From Amphiscolops sp. MND2022 (lineage: Eukaryota), in NCBI GenBank assembly GCA_964187785.1, contig OZ076419.1:54002001-54066000 (forward strand): DNA of 64,000 bases, read 5' to 3'. The notes under the pieces are model-generated. The model was not told the origin of the DNA and did no database searches. It saw nothing but the letters and a program-made list of their open reading frames with translations. Made by a program: the position numbers and the translations under genes. Of the stretch, positions 12,901-22,822 are shown piece by piece (position 1 is the first letter of the stretch; each line of letters begins with the position of its first letter).

Positions 12901-15200
12901 TCGGCGTTGCACCCGCCGTTCTCAACGTGTTTGCCACCACAGCAACTTGGTTTATTCTGCCATGTGTCGCTTACGGGGACTACAGCAGTGGAGGTCCACG
13001 GTTTAGGTAGTTGCTGGTGGCTGCTTTGCAAGTTTTTAGGATGCCCTTGTTGAGGTGTTGTGGGGTCGGCAGTCGAATGCGGGAAGAGTTCTCCATGATA
13101 GCAGGTAGCACCATTATTGATACGCCGGAATGATGATGTGATTGATATGATGGCTGGGACTGTGATGGAGTGCCGCGAAAGGGCAATGGAACATGACACA
13201 ACTGAAAAACAAGTTTCATTAAATTATAACAGTCGGGGCCAGTTCAGGTTAAAAGCAGGTTACATAATGGATAAATTAGAGCCAAAAGGAGGCCTCAGCC
13301 TCATTAAAAAGATCTCTCACTTTCTGTACTAGTTTGGTAGGATGTTAATTGATCTTTACGGATCTTGTATGGGACAGCGTAATTATTATCTGTTTTATTT
13401 GCTTTTGCGAACTTTCATGACTAGGTCTGCAAGACATTGATGAATAATGCCGTGCAGTAGTTGGTGCTTGTCGGATGCTCTAGTAAAAAGAAGAAAGATA
13501 CCGTTATTCTATGATGCATTTGGCAATTTGGCTAGGTGTACTGCTTTTCCTACTGCCGGGCGTAGCCTGAACTTGTTTTCTTGGCCATATTGTCTGATCA
13601 CGTATCATGCCAATTCGGAGTTGGCGATTAAAACCGCCGGGCAACTTATCTACACCATACAACGTGGTTGCATGATGTCGGTGTTTTCGTACGTAATTCA
13701 GCATCAATGTAGTGAGCTATTTTTTTCTCATGTTGCTTGATGATCTTGCCATACAGTGCGGCGCAGCAACCGTTCTCCCATGTTCGTGCTTGCCCAGTCG
13801 TGAACTATAGAAAGTCCTTCAAGCACCATATAAGAAGGAATAAGTATGTTTGTCCAATACGCATAAACTTGCTTTGAGACAGAAAATTATACCTATCAGC
13901 TGTAGTAACTACTGACTGGGAACTTTTTCGCACAATAAATCTGCGATATGAAAACACAGTGTTTTGTAGAACGAAGGCGTTTTGTTTAGGTAAAATATCG
14001 TTCATGGTAGCACTGGTGATGTTTCGTCTAAGGGAGCGACTTGTAGCCACCAACTGTCGGTTGAGTGATGCACATCTCCAGGGGGACGTAATGCCGTATC
14101 GTTCTCAAACTTGATGTACAGTGACGTCCTTTCTACTTTTTCAACCCACAGTTTTCATTTCTGCTTTTCCATCGCCAGGATCTAATTTCCTAAATACCAT
14201 CAATCGTGGGAGTGAAGAAATGATTGCAGCTAGCATGAACTCTATTCCAGATTTTTCATGATATGCCCACACCTTACACCGATAAATGGAACAATCCGAT
14301 GGCGATGTGCAATGCATCGTTTGTAAAGTTGTTTCTAGTGGGGAACCACTCCTGGTTCATTGCTTCAAAATGGTTTCCCTACAGTTATTACTATGTGGTG
14401 TACTGCAGGAAGCTCTTGCTTCTTGGATGCAAGAACCTTGTCCTGGGGTTGCTCTTGCGTTTTTGGGTTCCAAACCTCCTGAGCAAGGCTCTCTGCTCTC
14501 CAGGCCAATCTCTTGCATGGTGTGCTTTCTTCCACTAGGTTGACACATCTACAATTATGGGAAACGCAGGTTCATCATATATATCTTGGTACTCGATTAC
14601 GACTGAGTTGATATGGTTGTGCTTGTTATGAGGTCTTTTGCTCTCAGGAATGTTTGTCAAATCATTGCCCGTTCTAAGTTCTCGACTGACCTGTGGTGCT
14701 AGTCCTGCCTCTTACTTCTCCTCTTGACCTAGTGATTGACCTGCTTGATGTTGCAGTAGTTCAACTTGATAAAGTAGTACTTCTTCTCCTGCGACCGATC
14801 TGGAGGTCGGCCTCTTTGTCTTCTGTTAATTATTGACCCACCGGGTGACTTAGATATTGTGGGGTATTGGGTGCCGACTACCACTTCTCTTTCGATCTTC
14901 TCCAGGGGTTCATTCTCGATCGCTAGTTCTGATCGTCTTGAGTCCCCATCTTGGCAACTGAAAACGAGGAAAAGTGGAAAACAGCAAGTGTACATGTAAT
15001 TGATGGGTTCGGAAGCAGTAAGACAGACGATCCGCATGGTGAATGTAAAAGACTACACTTGGGTTCTTATTGTAGCGCTCCTGGCTTGAAAATAGTGGTT
15101 CAAGATCAACAAGTTTCGGGAAAACTACTGGTTGTTGTAGTTCTGCCATTGGTTATTCAATGATCTCGTGGTCCGATTCAGATCCAAAGTGGCTAAACCG
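9992..15200 (-). pseudogene. Accessory coding region of element 3, probably two decayed sense-strand ORFs of unknown function
   Basis: Protein-like fragments in the element's sense strand, e.g. VIEYQDIYDEPAFPIIVDVST*WKKAHHARDWPGEQ, LYIKFENDTALRPPGDVHHSTDSWWLQVAPLDE and TKFHKLIAPLFKKTDTIMRDRFNGTVSLVVAQ. An AT-rich spacer at ~12100-12300 separates the two groups. Confidence 0.5.
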
Positions 15201-15202
15201 AC

Positions 15203-16990
15203 TCAGATGAATTCCTTGCTCCAGCCCAGTCTGAGTGCGCATTTGTTGTTTAAAAGATAGCTGTGGCAGTTGTTCCAGAAGGAAAGAGTCTCGCGATTGG
15301 TGTCTTCGTTACTTCCGTCTGCAACTGGGTCTGCTATGATAGCTACATTCGGGTCCAACCCGAAGGGTTGATATACTGCACAGTCACATTGTGCGGTCAC
15401 GTGTTTTTTCAAACTCAAGAAATGCACTTTTTGACCTGTGTGTAATGTGTATAACCTACCGTCTTGCATTACGTCAGATGGGAATTAGCGTGTGGGAACC
15501 AGTTTTTGGGATTATGTGGCAGAAAACCTCAACGATGTCGGCCACGACGTGTGCCTTCGCTTTTATATGTCTATCAAACTTATTTTTCTTCTGTATCTAA
15601 TGTGTGGTTCTGCGAATAAGCTCATGAAGTTCCAGCTGTATGGCTAAAAGACATTCTAAGATTTCTCCTTTAGACTGGAATCCTTGCGCTGCGAAGTCAC
15701 GGACTATGAATGAGAGTGGGATTGGTTTTCCGACCCTACCGTTGCGTGTCTAGGAACTGCAGTCACCTAAGACTCTGTATGTTCTCGTCCCAATCGAGCA
15801 CCCTGCGAGAAGTGTAGACACTGGGCAAGGTAAGTAATGTCAGGTTTCTACCAGACCATTACGTTGATCACGTTATCTGATTGCTTTCTGGCGGGAGTGC
15901 CGTGCCTGGCCAACCATTTTTTGGAAGGATTTTCGGTTTTGCCTCTGCGTCAAATTCGTCATGGGCCTGCAAACGTCACGGGATTGCCTCCGCAAACTCT
16001 GTAAAAAGATATCTGAAGAGTAGTATTTCAGTGTTTCCTGAAATCGTTTTGCATGGTTCCAATTGACCAAACTGAGCTAATTCATTACCGTTACTGATGT
16101 TGATGCTTTGCAGTGGATATCAGGAGTCCCAGAAGGAAGCTTTGTTTGTTGAAATGTCAAGCTTTTTTTTCTGGTTGACTACATTACGCTTGATGCAAGG
16201 GCACGTGTATCTCTCGTGTATCCTTGCTAACACCTTCCTTCCGCCCTGGTGCCCTCACTCATCATACACCCACAGGTGTTGACACAGTTGTGGCATGACT
16301 GTCGTGCGTGCATTGCACGTTGTTGCGGAACAAACCTGACAAGTATTATGTCGTCAGGATTCATGAGCAACCGGTCTTTCTTTTGGTGATAATATGTTTC
16401 GCGAAGTCCTGCACGTCGCCTAGGAACAAGACCTTTCTCAGTTAATGAAGAAGGACTTTTTCCAATTGTTTCTACAACGCCAAAGTCGCTAAAAGTTGTT
16501 CGTTTCTAAAAGTCCTTCAGACCACCCATTGTTGACGCTGAGGATGCAATTGTTGTGACGCTGAGGATGCAATTTGGTCTATAATCCTCGTTTGTTGTTG
16601 ATGTCGTTTTCCATTGCACTTCTGGGTACCATGGTATGTGTCCAAAAACAGATCTTGTGTCGGTTCTTCTTTTGGTCGTCTTTTTTTGAGAATGTATAAT
16701 TTGAGGAATTGCGCTTGAGTTTCCGCAAGACGCTCTGGGTTGTCTTGTATAAGCCGTCCATATTTTGCAAAATGGTGACATAAATTTGAAACCATTGCTC
16801 TTTTCGGGTATGGTTTCAAAAATTTTCTCCTGATGCACGTATTTGTTTGTTCTTTTGCAAAGGCCGTCCGCGTTTCGGTGTTGTGTGCGCGGCCTGTGGA
16901 TCGTTGTGAAGTGGTGCTGATCGACGCGTGATATCCAGCAGCTGATCATGGATTAATCCAAAGAGTGTGTCCTCAGGTCGGAAACTGGTT
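15203..16990 (-). pseudogene. pol: RNase H end plus integrase of element 3, heavily disrupted
   Basis: HRNADGL; DE*GHQGGRKVLARIHERY (~16250, zinc-binding region); PLQSI; FTEFAEAIP; QSDN (~15872-15883); C-terminal DGRLYTLHTGQKVHFLSLKKHV. Confidence 0.85.
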
Positions 16991-17122
16991 AACACTTTGT
17001 TTCACTGACTAATATTTGTGTTTGTTTTGATTTTCAGGTATTTGGAAACGTATGCTGTGCCAGATGCTTTTTTTGTATTACACTTGGTATTTTCTGCCAT
17101 ATGGCCATTTTCTGCCAAATAA

Positions 17123-17403
17123 TGGGGGAGGAAATCATATTCCGTTTTCCGTTTTTTTTCCGAATTCTGCCAAATCTCCCAGTTTTGGCATCGACCTCAC
17201 TCAGAGTTACTTGACTATTTTAGTTAATTGACTCTTCTAGTTACTAAGTAAATGGCGCAGTTGGTAGTGCGTCTGCCTGCAGACACAAGGTCGTGGGTTC
17301 GAACCCATGCTGATGCGTTCGTTACATTTTAGCGGAAAATATCCCGGTGCTTTGTGGACATCTGGTTTATTATAACGTATTTCAGACAGTTGCCCTTTTT
17401 AGA
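17123..17403 (+). repeat. ~280-bp block repeated at 19781-20059, carrying a tRNA-derived head
   Basis: GGAGGAAATCATATTCCG...GTTGCCCTTTTTAGA is present twice at ~98% identity, flanking the 17406-19780 duplicate. Confidence 0.95.
17246..17312 (+). pseudogene. tRNA-derived sequence (tRNA-Cys-like pseudogene or SINE head)
   Basis: A-box TGGCGCAGTTGG (17253-17264), D-arm GCGC/GTGC, anticodon loop CTGCAGA (GCA), B-box GGTTCGAACCC (17296-17306). Acceptor and anticodon stems do not pair, so it is not a functional tRNA. Confidence 0.7.
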
Positions 17404-17405
17404 TA

Positions 17406-19780
17406 TTGCTTGATGATCTTGCCATACAGTGCGGCGCAGCAACCGTTCTCCCATGTTCGTGCTTGCCCAGTCGTGAACTATAGAAAGTCCTTCAAGCACC
17501 ATATAAGAAGGAATAAGTATGTTTGTCCAATACGCATAAACTTGCTTTGAGACAGAAAATTCTACCTATCAGCTGTAGTAACTACTGACTGGGAACTTTT
17601 TTCGCAAAATAAATCTGCGATGTGAAAACACAGTGTTTTGTAGAACGAAGGCGTTTTGTTTAGGTAAAATATCGTTCATGGTAGCACTGGTGATGTTTCG
17701 TCTAAGGGAGCGACTTGTAGCCACCAACTGTCGGTTGAGTGATGCACATCTCCAGGGGGACGTAATGCCGTATCGTTCTCAAACTTGATGTACAGTGACG
17801 TCCTTTCTACTTTTTCAACCCACAGTTTTCATTTCTGCTTTTCCATCGCCAGGATCTAATTTCCTAAAAACCATCAATCGTGGGAGTGAAGAAATGATTG
17901 CAGCTAGCATGAACTCTATTCCAGATTTTTCATGATATGCCCACACTTTACACCGATAACTGGAACAATCCGATGGCGATGTGCAATGCATCGTTTGTAA
18001 AGTTGTTTCTAGTGGGGAACCACTCCTGGTTCAATGCTTCAAAATGGTTTCCCTACAGTTATTACTATGTGGTGTACTGCAGGAAGCTCTTGTTTCTTGC
18101 CCTGGATGCAAGAACCTTGTCCCGGGGTTGCTCTTGCGTTTTTGAGTTCCAAACCTCCTGAGCAAGGCTCTCTGCTCTCCAGGCCAATCTCTTGCATGGT
18201 GTGCTTTCTTCCACTAGGTTGACACATCTACAATTATGGGAAACGCAGGTTCATCATATATATCTTGGTACTCGATTACGACTGAGTTGATATGGCTGTG
18301 CTTGTTATGAGGTCTTTTGCTCTCGGGAATGTTTGTCAAATCATTGCCCGTTCTAAGTTCTCGACTGACCTGTGGTGCTAGTCCTGCCTCTTACTTCTCC
18401 TCTTGACCTAGTGATTGACCTGCTTGATGTTGCTGTAGTTCAACTTGATAAAGTAGTACTTTTTCTCCTGCGACCGATCTGGAGGTCGGCCTCTTTGTCT
18501 TCTGTTAATTATTGACCCACCGGGTGACTTAGATATTGTGGGGTATTGGGTGCCGACTACCACTTCTCTTTCGATCTTCTCCAGGGGTTCATTCTCGATC
18601 GCTGGTTCTGATCGTCTTGAGTCCCCATCTTGGCAACTGAAAACGAGGAAAAGTGGAAAACAGCAAGTGTACATGTAATTGATGGGTTCGGAAGCAGTAA
18701 GACAGACGATCCGCATGGTGAATGTAAAAGACTACACTTGGGTTCTTATTGTAGCGCTCCTGGCTTGAAAATAGTGGTTCAAGATCAACAAGTTTCGGGA
18801 AAACTACTGGTTGTTGTAGTTCTGCCATTGGTTATTCATTGATCTCGTGGTCCGATTCAGATCCAAAGTGGCTAAACCGACTCAGATGAATTCCTTGCTC
18901 CAGCCCAGTCTGAGTGCGCATTTGTTGTTTAAAAGATAGCTGTGGCAGTTGTTCCAGAAGGAAAGAGTCTCGCGATTGGAGTCTTCGTTACTTCCGTCTG
19001 CAACTGGGTCTGCTATGATAGCTACATTCGGGTCCAACCCGAAGGGTTGATATACTGCACAGTCACATTGTGCGGTCACGTGTTTTTTCAAACTCAAGAA
19101 ATGCACTTTTTGACCTGTGTGTAATGTGTATAACCTACCGTCTTTCATTACGTCAGATGGGAATTAGCGTGTGGGAACCAGTTTTTGGGATTATGTGGCA
19201 GAAAACCTCAACGATGTCGGCCACGATGTGTGCCTTCGCTTTTATATGTCTATCAAACTTTTTCTTCTGTATCTAATGTGTGGTTCTGCGAATAAGCTCA
19301 TGAAGTTCCTGCCGTATGGCTAAAAGACATTCTAAGATTTCTCCTTTAGACTGGAATCCTTGCGCTGCGAAGTTACAGACTATGAATGAGAGTGGGATTG
19401 GTTTTCCGACCCTACCGTTGCGTGTCTAGGAACTGCAGTCACCTAAGACTCTGTATGTTCTCGTCCCAATCGGGCACCCTGCGAGAAGTGTAGACACTGG
19501 GCAAGGTAAGTAATGTCAGGTTTCTACCAGACCATTACGTTGGTCACGTTATCTGATTGCTTTCTGGCGGAAGTGCCGTGCCTGGCCAACCATTTTTGGA
19601 AGGATTTTCGGTTTTGCCTCTGCGTCAAATTCGTCATGGGCCTGCAAACGTCACGGGATTGCCTCCGCAAACTCTGTAAAAAGATATCTGAAGAGTAGTA
19701 TTTCAGTGTTTCCTGAAATCGTTTTGCATGGTTCCAATTGACCAAACTGAGCTAATTCATTACCGTTACCGATGTTGATG
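17406..19780 (+). repeat. Direct duplicate (~97-98%) of 13733-16105 (element 3 accessory and integrase part)
   Basis: Co-linear sequence and matching ORF tracks (e.g. 14729-15037 vs 18408-18716). Shared from TTGCTTGATGATCTTGCC to GATGTTGATG. Confidence 0.97.
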
Positions 19781-19901
19781 TGGGAGGAAATCATATTCCG
19801 TTTTGCGTTTTTTTTCCGAATTCTGCCAAATCTCCCAGTTTTGGCATCGACCTCACTCAGAGTTACTTGACTATTTTAGTTAATTGACTCTTCTAGTTAC
19901 T

Positions 19902-19968
19902 AAGTAAATGGCGCAGTTGGTAGTGCGTCTGTCTGCAGACACAAGGTCGTGGGTTCGAACCCATGCTG
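19902..19968 (+). pseudogene. Second copy of the tRNA-derived head
   Basis: Same A-box, CTGCAGA loop and B-box within the duplicated block. Confidence 0.7.
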
Positions 19969-20455
19969 ATGCGTTCGCTACATTTTAGCGGAAACTATCC
20001 CGGTGCTTTGTGGACATCTTGTTTATTATAACGTATTTCAGACAGTTGCCCTTTTTAGACCTTGGAAGTTTGCTTGTGGTCTAAGGTATCCAGATATATA
20101 ATTCTGGACTTTGAGTGTGCCAGCAAGTCACCGCGGAGCTCTAACGTTTGGAATGTCCCGACGTTTGAATAGCCCCCAGGGAGACCACGTCTGGGGAAAA
20201 ACTTGTGTTCAGGGTTTTATATCGAAATTGGTCTCTCCTCTCTAAGCAACCTAAGCGTTTTCGCAGCTCTAGCATGCGCTCCATTTGCTGCACTCTGCGC
20301 GTTGCTCGGGTTCTCTCTCGACCAAACTCGGTGATATTGAACTAAAAAGTGTAATTTTTTTTAGTTTTTTGACGACTACATCCATAAATTGAAGTCTTGC
20401 ACTTTTTCCCAAACATTATTTTGCAACGCGTTCATGTACTATAAGGTGAATATTG

Positions 20456-20783
20456 TCAAAAATGCTTGTCTAGGTAACAGAACCTCCATTTGGTGTTTCT
20501 ATCAAAGAGATTGTATTTATTGGCTATTTGCATTGAAGTGAGGAGGTAATTAGGAAGCCAGCAAACAATCCACAGAAGCCAGCTCAAGAAGAAAGCCAGA
20601 GTTAAAACTCGGTTCCGTTTGGCTCTTCGTTCTTGTCGCAGAAGCCTGTATCCAAGGTTGGCATACAAGAAACAACACGCTAGTACTGGCAGAATGAAGT
20701 GAAGCGCCAGCTCGGTCCAAAATCTCGGAGGCGATCGTCTGGTCTGAGAAGCGCACATGTTAGCGAAACTCTCAAATTGCAGA
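20456..20783 (-). CDS. Class A (rhodopsin-like) GPCR, exon encoding the end of ECL2, TM5, ICL3 and TM6. TM7 is not found intact.
   Basis: NMCASQ (ECL2 Cys), LHFILPVLACCFLY (TM5 P...Y), basic ICL3 RQERRAKRNR, FFLSWLLWIVCWLPNY (CWxP). Acceptor TTTGTTTCAG at 20785-20784 (alternative CCCTAG at 20842-20841); both are phase 2. Confidence 0.75.
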
Positions 20784-20909
20784 CTGAAACAAAGAGCTTT
20801 TTCCACATCATTGATGTCATGCGAACTTATAAACAACAATCTAGGGTGAAACTAGACTTTTGGGAAATTTGAGGAAAGCGTTTTGCTGATTCAAGTAATG
20901 ATTACGGAG

Positions 20910-21205
20910 ATTTTGTACTTTTCGTTTTTCAAGAGGAGCGTTACCAAAAACGTGCTTTGAGATTTTTTGCTTAGAGTCTTGTAGCTTTACATTAAGAGGT
21001 CCTACCAACCCCAAACGTTTTTCGCCCTGAATTTCATACGGTTTCAGTCTATCTAGACAACTCGATGAGGGCAGATTGTCACTGCTTCTGGTTGCGTCTT
21101 CAGTACTGTGTGGAAGCTTCATTTTTTTCACACAATCATTGTAAGCAAAATATCTCAAAGCACGTTTTTGGTAACGCTCCTCTCGAAAAACCAAACGTAC
21201 AAAAT
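20910..21205. repeat. ~63-bp inverted repeat pair enclosing ~170 bp (MITE-like or fold-back)
   Basis: 20910-20973 ATTTTGTAC...GAGGAGCGTTACCAAAAACGTGCTTTGAGAT..TTTGCTTA is the reverse complement of 21142-21205 with ~4 mismatches. No TSD seen. Confidence 0.85.
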
Positions 21206-22327
21206 TAAAGTAGTTTCAAATTCCAAACTACTAAAAAACACAATGAAAACCATGATGCTCAGTGGTGCTTTTTGAAGACGCACACGAAAAAAGTAGGTAG
21301 CACAACACCAAAAAAACGCCACTGATGAGAACACTTTGGTCTTATTCAGCAATTTAGAATTGTTTTTAAAAATCGAGGTATCAACGAGATGCATTTAGAA
21401 CTGCAGTGGGCGTGGAAGGAACGGAGTACTACGTTTTTGGTATAACACTCATCAGTCTAACGAGACTAACGAAGGTTCAACGTTTTGAATTGTTTCGAGA
21501 AGTTTTTGCAGGTATTACTTTTTGTCAACGTTCTGCTGTGAGCGGAATTTGAAACACCAGCTTTTTGGTATTTCTTAGTGTATGACAGAGACAGCTTCTC
21601 TTTGAAGGTGTATCTCAGAACGGATGAGTTTGCAAAATGTTTTCACAATTTAACCACGTAGTGTTCGATTGAAAGTTTTTTTTTGTTCAGAGCTGAAATG
21701 CCGATGTTTGATCCACAGTGTTTGAGGATAAAGATCGCTCATTGAAACAAGATTTTTGATTTCTTTCGGGCATTCCCCATTCCGCTGAGAAACAATGGCA
21801 ACATTACAAGCGAAACGCTCCGACCATCTTGGAACAAGATATAAACTCCTGGGAGGTGCAAAAAACTAAGGCTTGCAAAGTCGCTCCACAACTTGTTTTC
21901 GAAAACACGTTAGCATAGAAACATGCACTATAATCGCTAGTTCTGTAGGTGTGCTAACTTTCGAGGTTTTGCGAGTAACGGTTTTTGAACTCGTTTTGAA
22001 AAGTGCACTTTTTTCTTGTTTTTTTTTTGGAAATCTATCGACATAGTGCCCTGCCTATTGTCCTTTGGGATTTCTTCTTCCCACTAAGTGATTTTAACAA
22101 TTTTGCGAAAAATTCCAGCAGTACCTAAGTTGTTTGTAATCCATCTGAATTTCTGATCGTGAATAAATTTCCACTCATTGTAAATTGCAAGCTTCTCCGG
22201 AAAACAGCATTTCCATTTTCTCTCGTTTAATTCTCTCAATCTTGGCACTCAAAATTGTAAGGATTCTTGAAGGTTGTATGAAGGAATTCTTCTTGAACCC
22301 CATCATGTTTCAAGATAGGTTATATCC

Positions 22328-22790
22328 GTTCGGCTCGATCTGAGTGCCGAGAAGGGTCTTCCCAGTCCACGACTCGCTTCTCGAGTGGTGCTGGAGGTTT
22401 GTCTCGTGCTGTCGACTCGGGTCGTGCTCGACTCTAATTGGTTGACCTTGACTCAATGTATAAAGGTTATGTAGCCGAATTGTTTACAATGTGTAAAGGT
22501 GTGTTCAAGGTATTAAGATAGGAAATAGCTTCGGCAAGGGGGTGCAACATAATAGCTTCATTTTTGGCAGGTGCAACAGCTCGCGGGAAAAATTTTACAA
22601 GCCCCGCAATATTTTATCCGCCCTCGCAAGATTTTTCCGACTGTGTAATTTTTTATCCGGCACCGGAATAAATCATTCGCCATAGAGGTTGAGCTAATTA
22701 CTTGAGTACAATGTGTTTGGGGACAAATCATGTTTAAATAGAGAAGAATATATATAATTTGTATAAATTTAACACACCTACTTGAAAGAA
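22328..22790 (+). repeat. Left terminal inverted repeat of the Polinton
   Basis: Reverse complement of ~45670-46136, e.g. GAGAAGGGTCTTCCCAGTCC and CATAGAGGTTGAGCTAATTACTTGAGTAC. About 17 mismatches in the outer ~119 bp by hand count. Confidence 0.88.
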
Positions 22791-22822
22791 AATATCATAT
22801 TTCGAAATAGTCTTTTATATGA

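Larger units (their letters stand above)
9234..16990 (-). mobile_element. Ty3/Gypsy LTR retrotransposon remnant, element 3. 5'-truncated (no gag, PR or RT); LTR-like 3' end near 9234-10100 with uncertain boundary.
   Basis: On the - strand: RNase H C-terminus (FTTIHRPRTQHRNADGLCKR), then integrase, then long accessory ORF remnants, then an AT-rich non-coding end. Confidence 0.8.

Noticed and set aside
14370-14410. Clustered in-frame TAG/TAA stops (also Gln-position stops in pol genes) suggesting a stop-to-Gln genetic code
   Set aside because: Other stops replace Trp, Arg or Glu positions and TGA is equally common. The intact GPCR exons contain no in-frame TAR. Ordinary decay explains it.
16106-17122. 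The segment missing from the duplicate as a spliced-out intron (retrocopy)
   Set aside because: No GT-AG on either strand at the breakpoints, even allowing for the ATG microhomology.
20841-21394. ORFs 20841-21194 and 21155-21394 as additional GPCR exons
   Set aside because: No TM or motif fit. One runs through both arms of an inverted repeat. The direct splice already yields a complete ECL2.
22315-22345. Target-site duplication and canonical AG...CT termini for the Polinton
   Set aside because: Flanks at the candidate ends (22328/46136 or 22343/46121) share no direct repeat.
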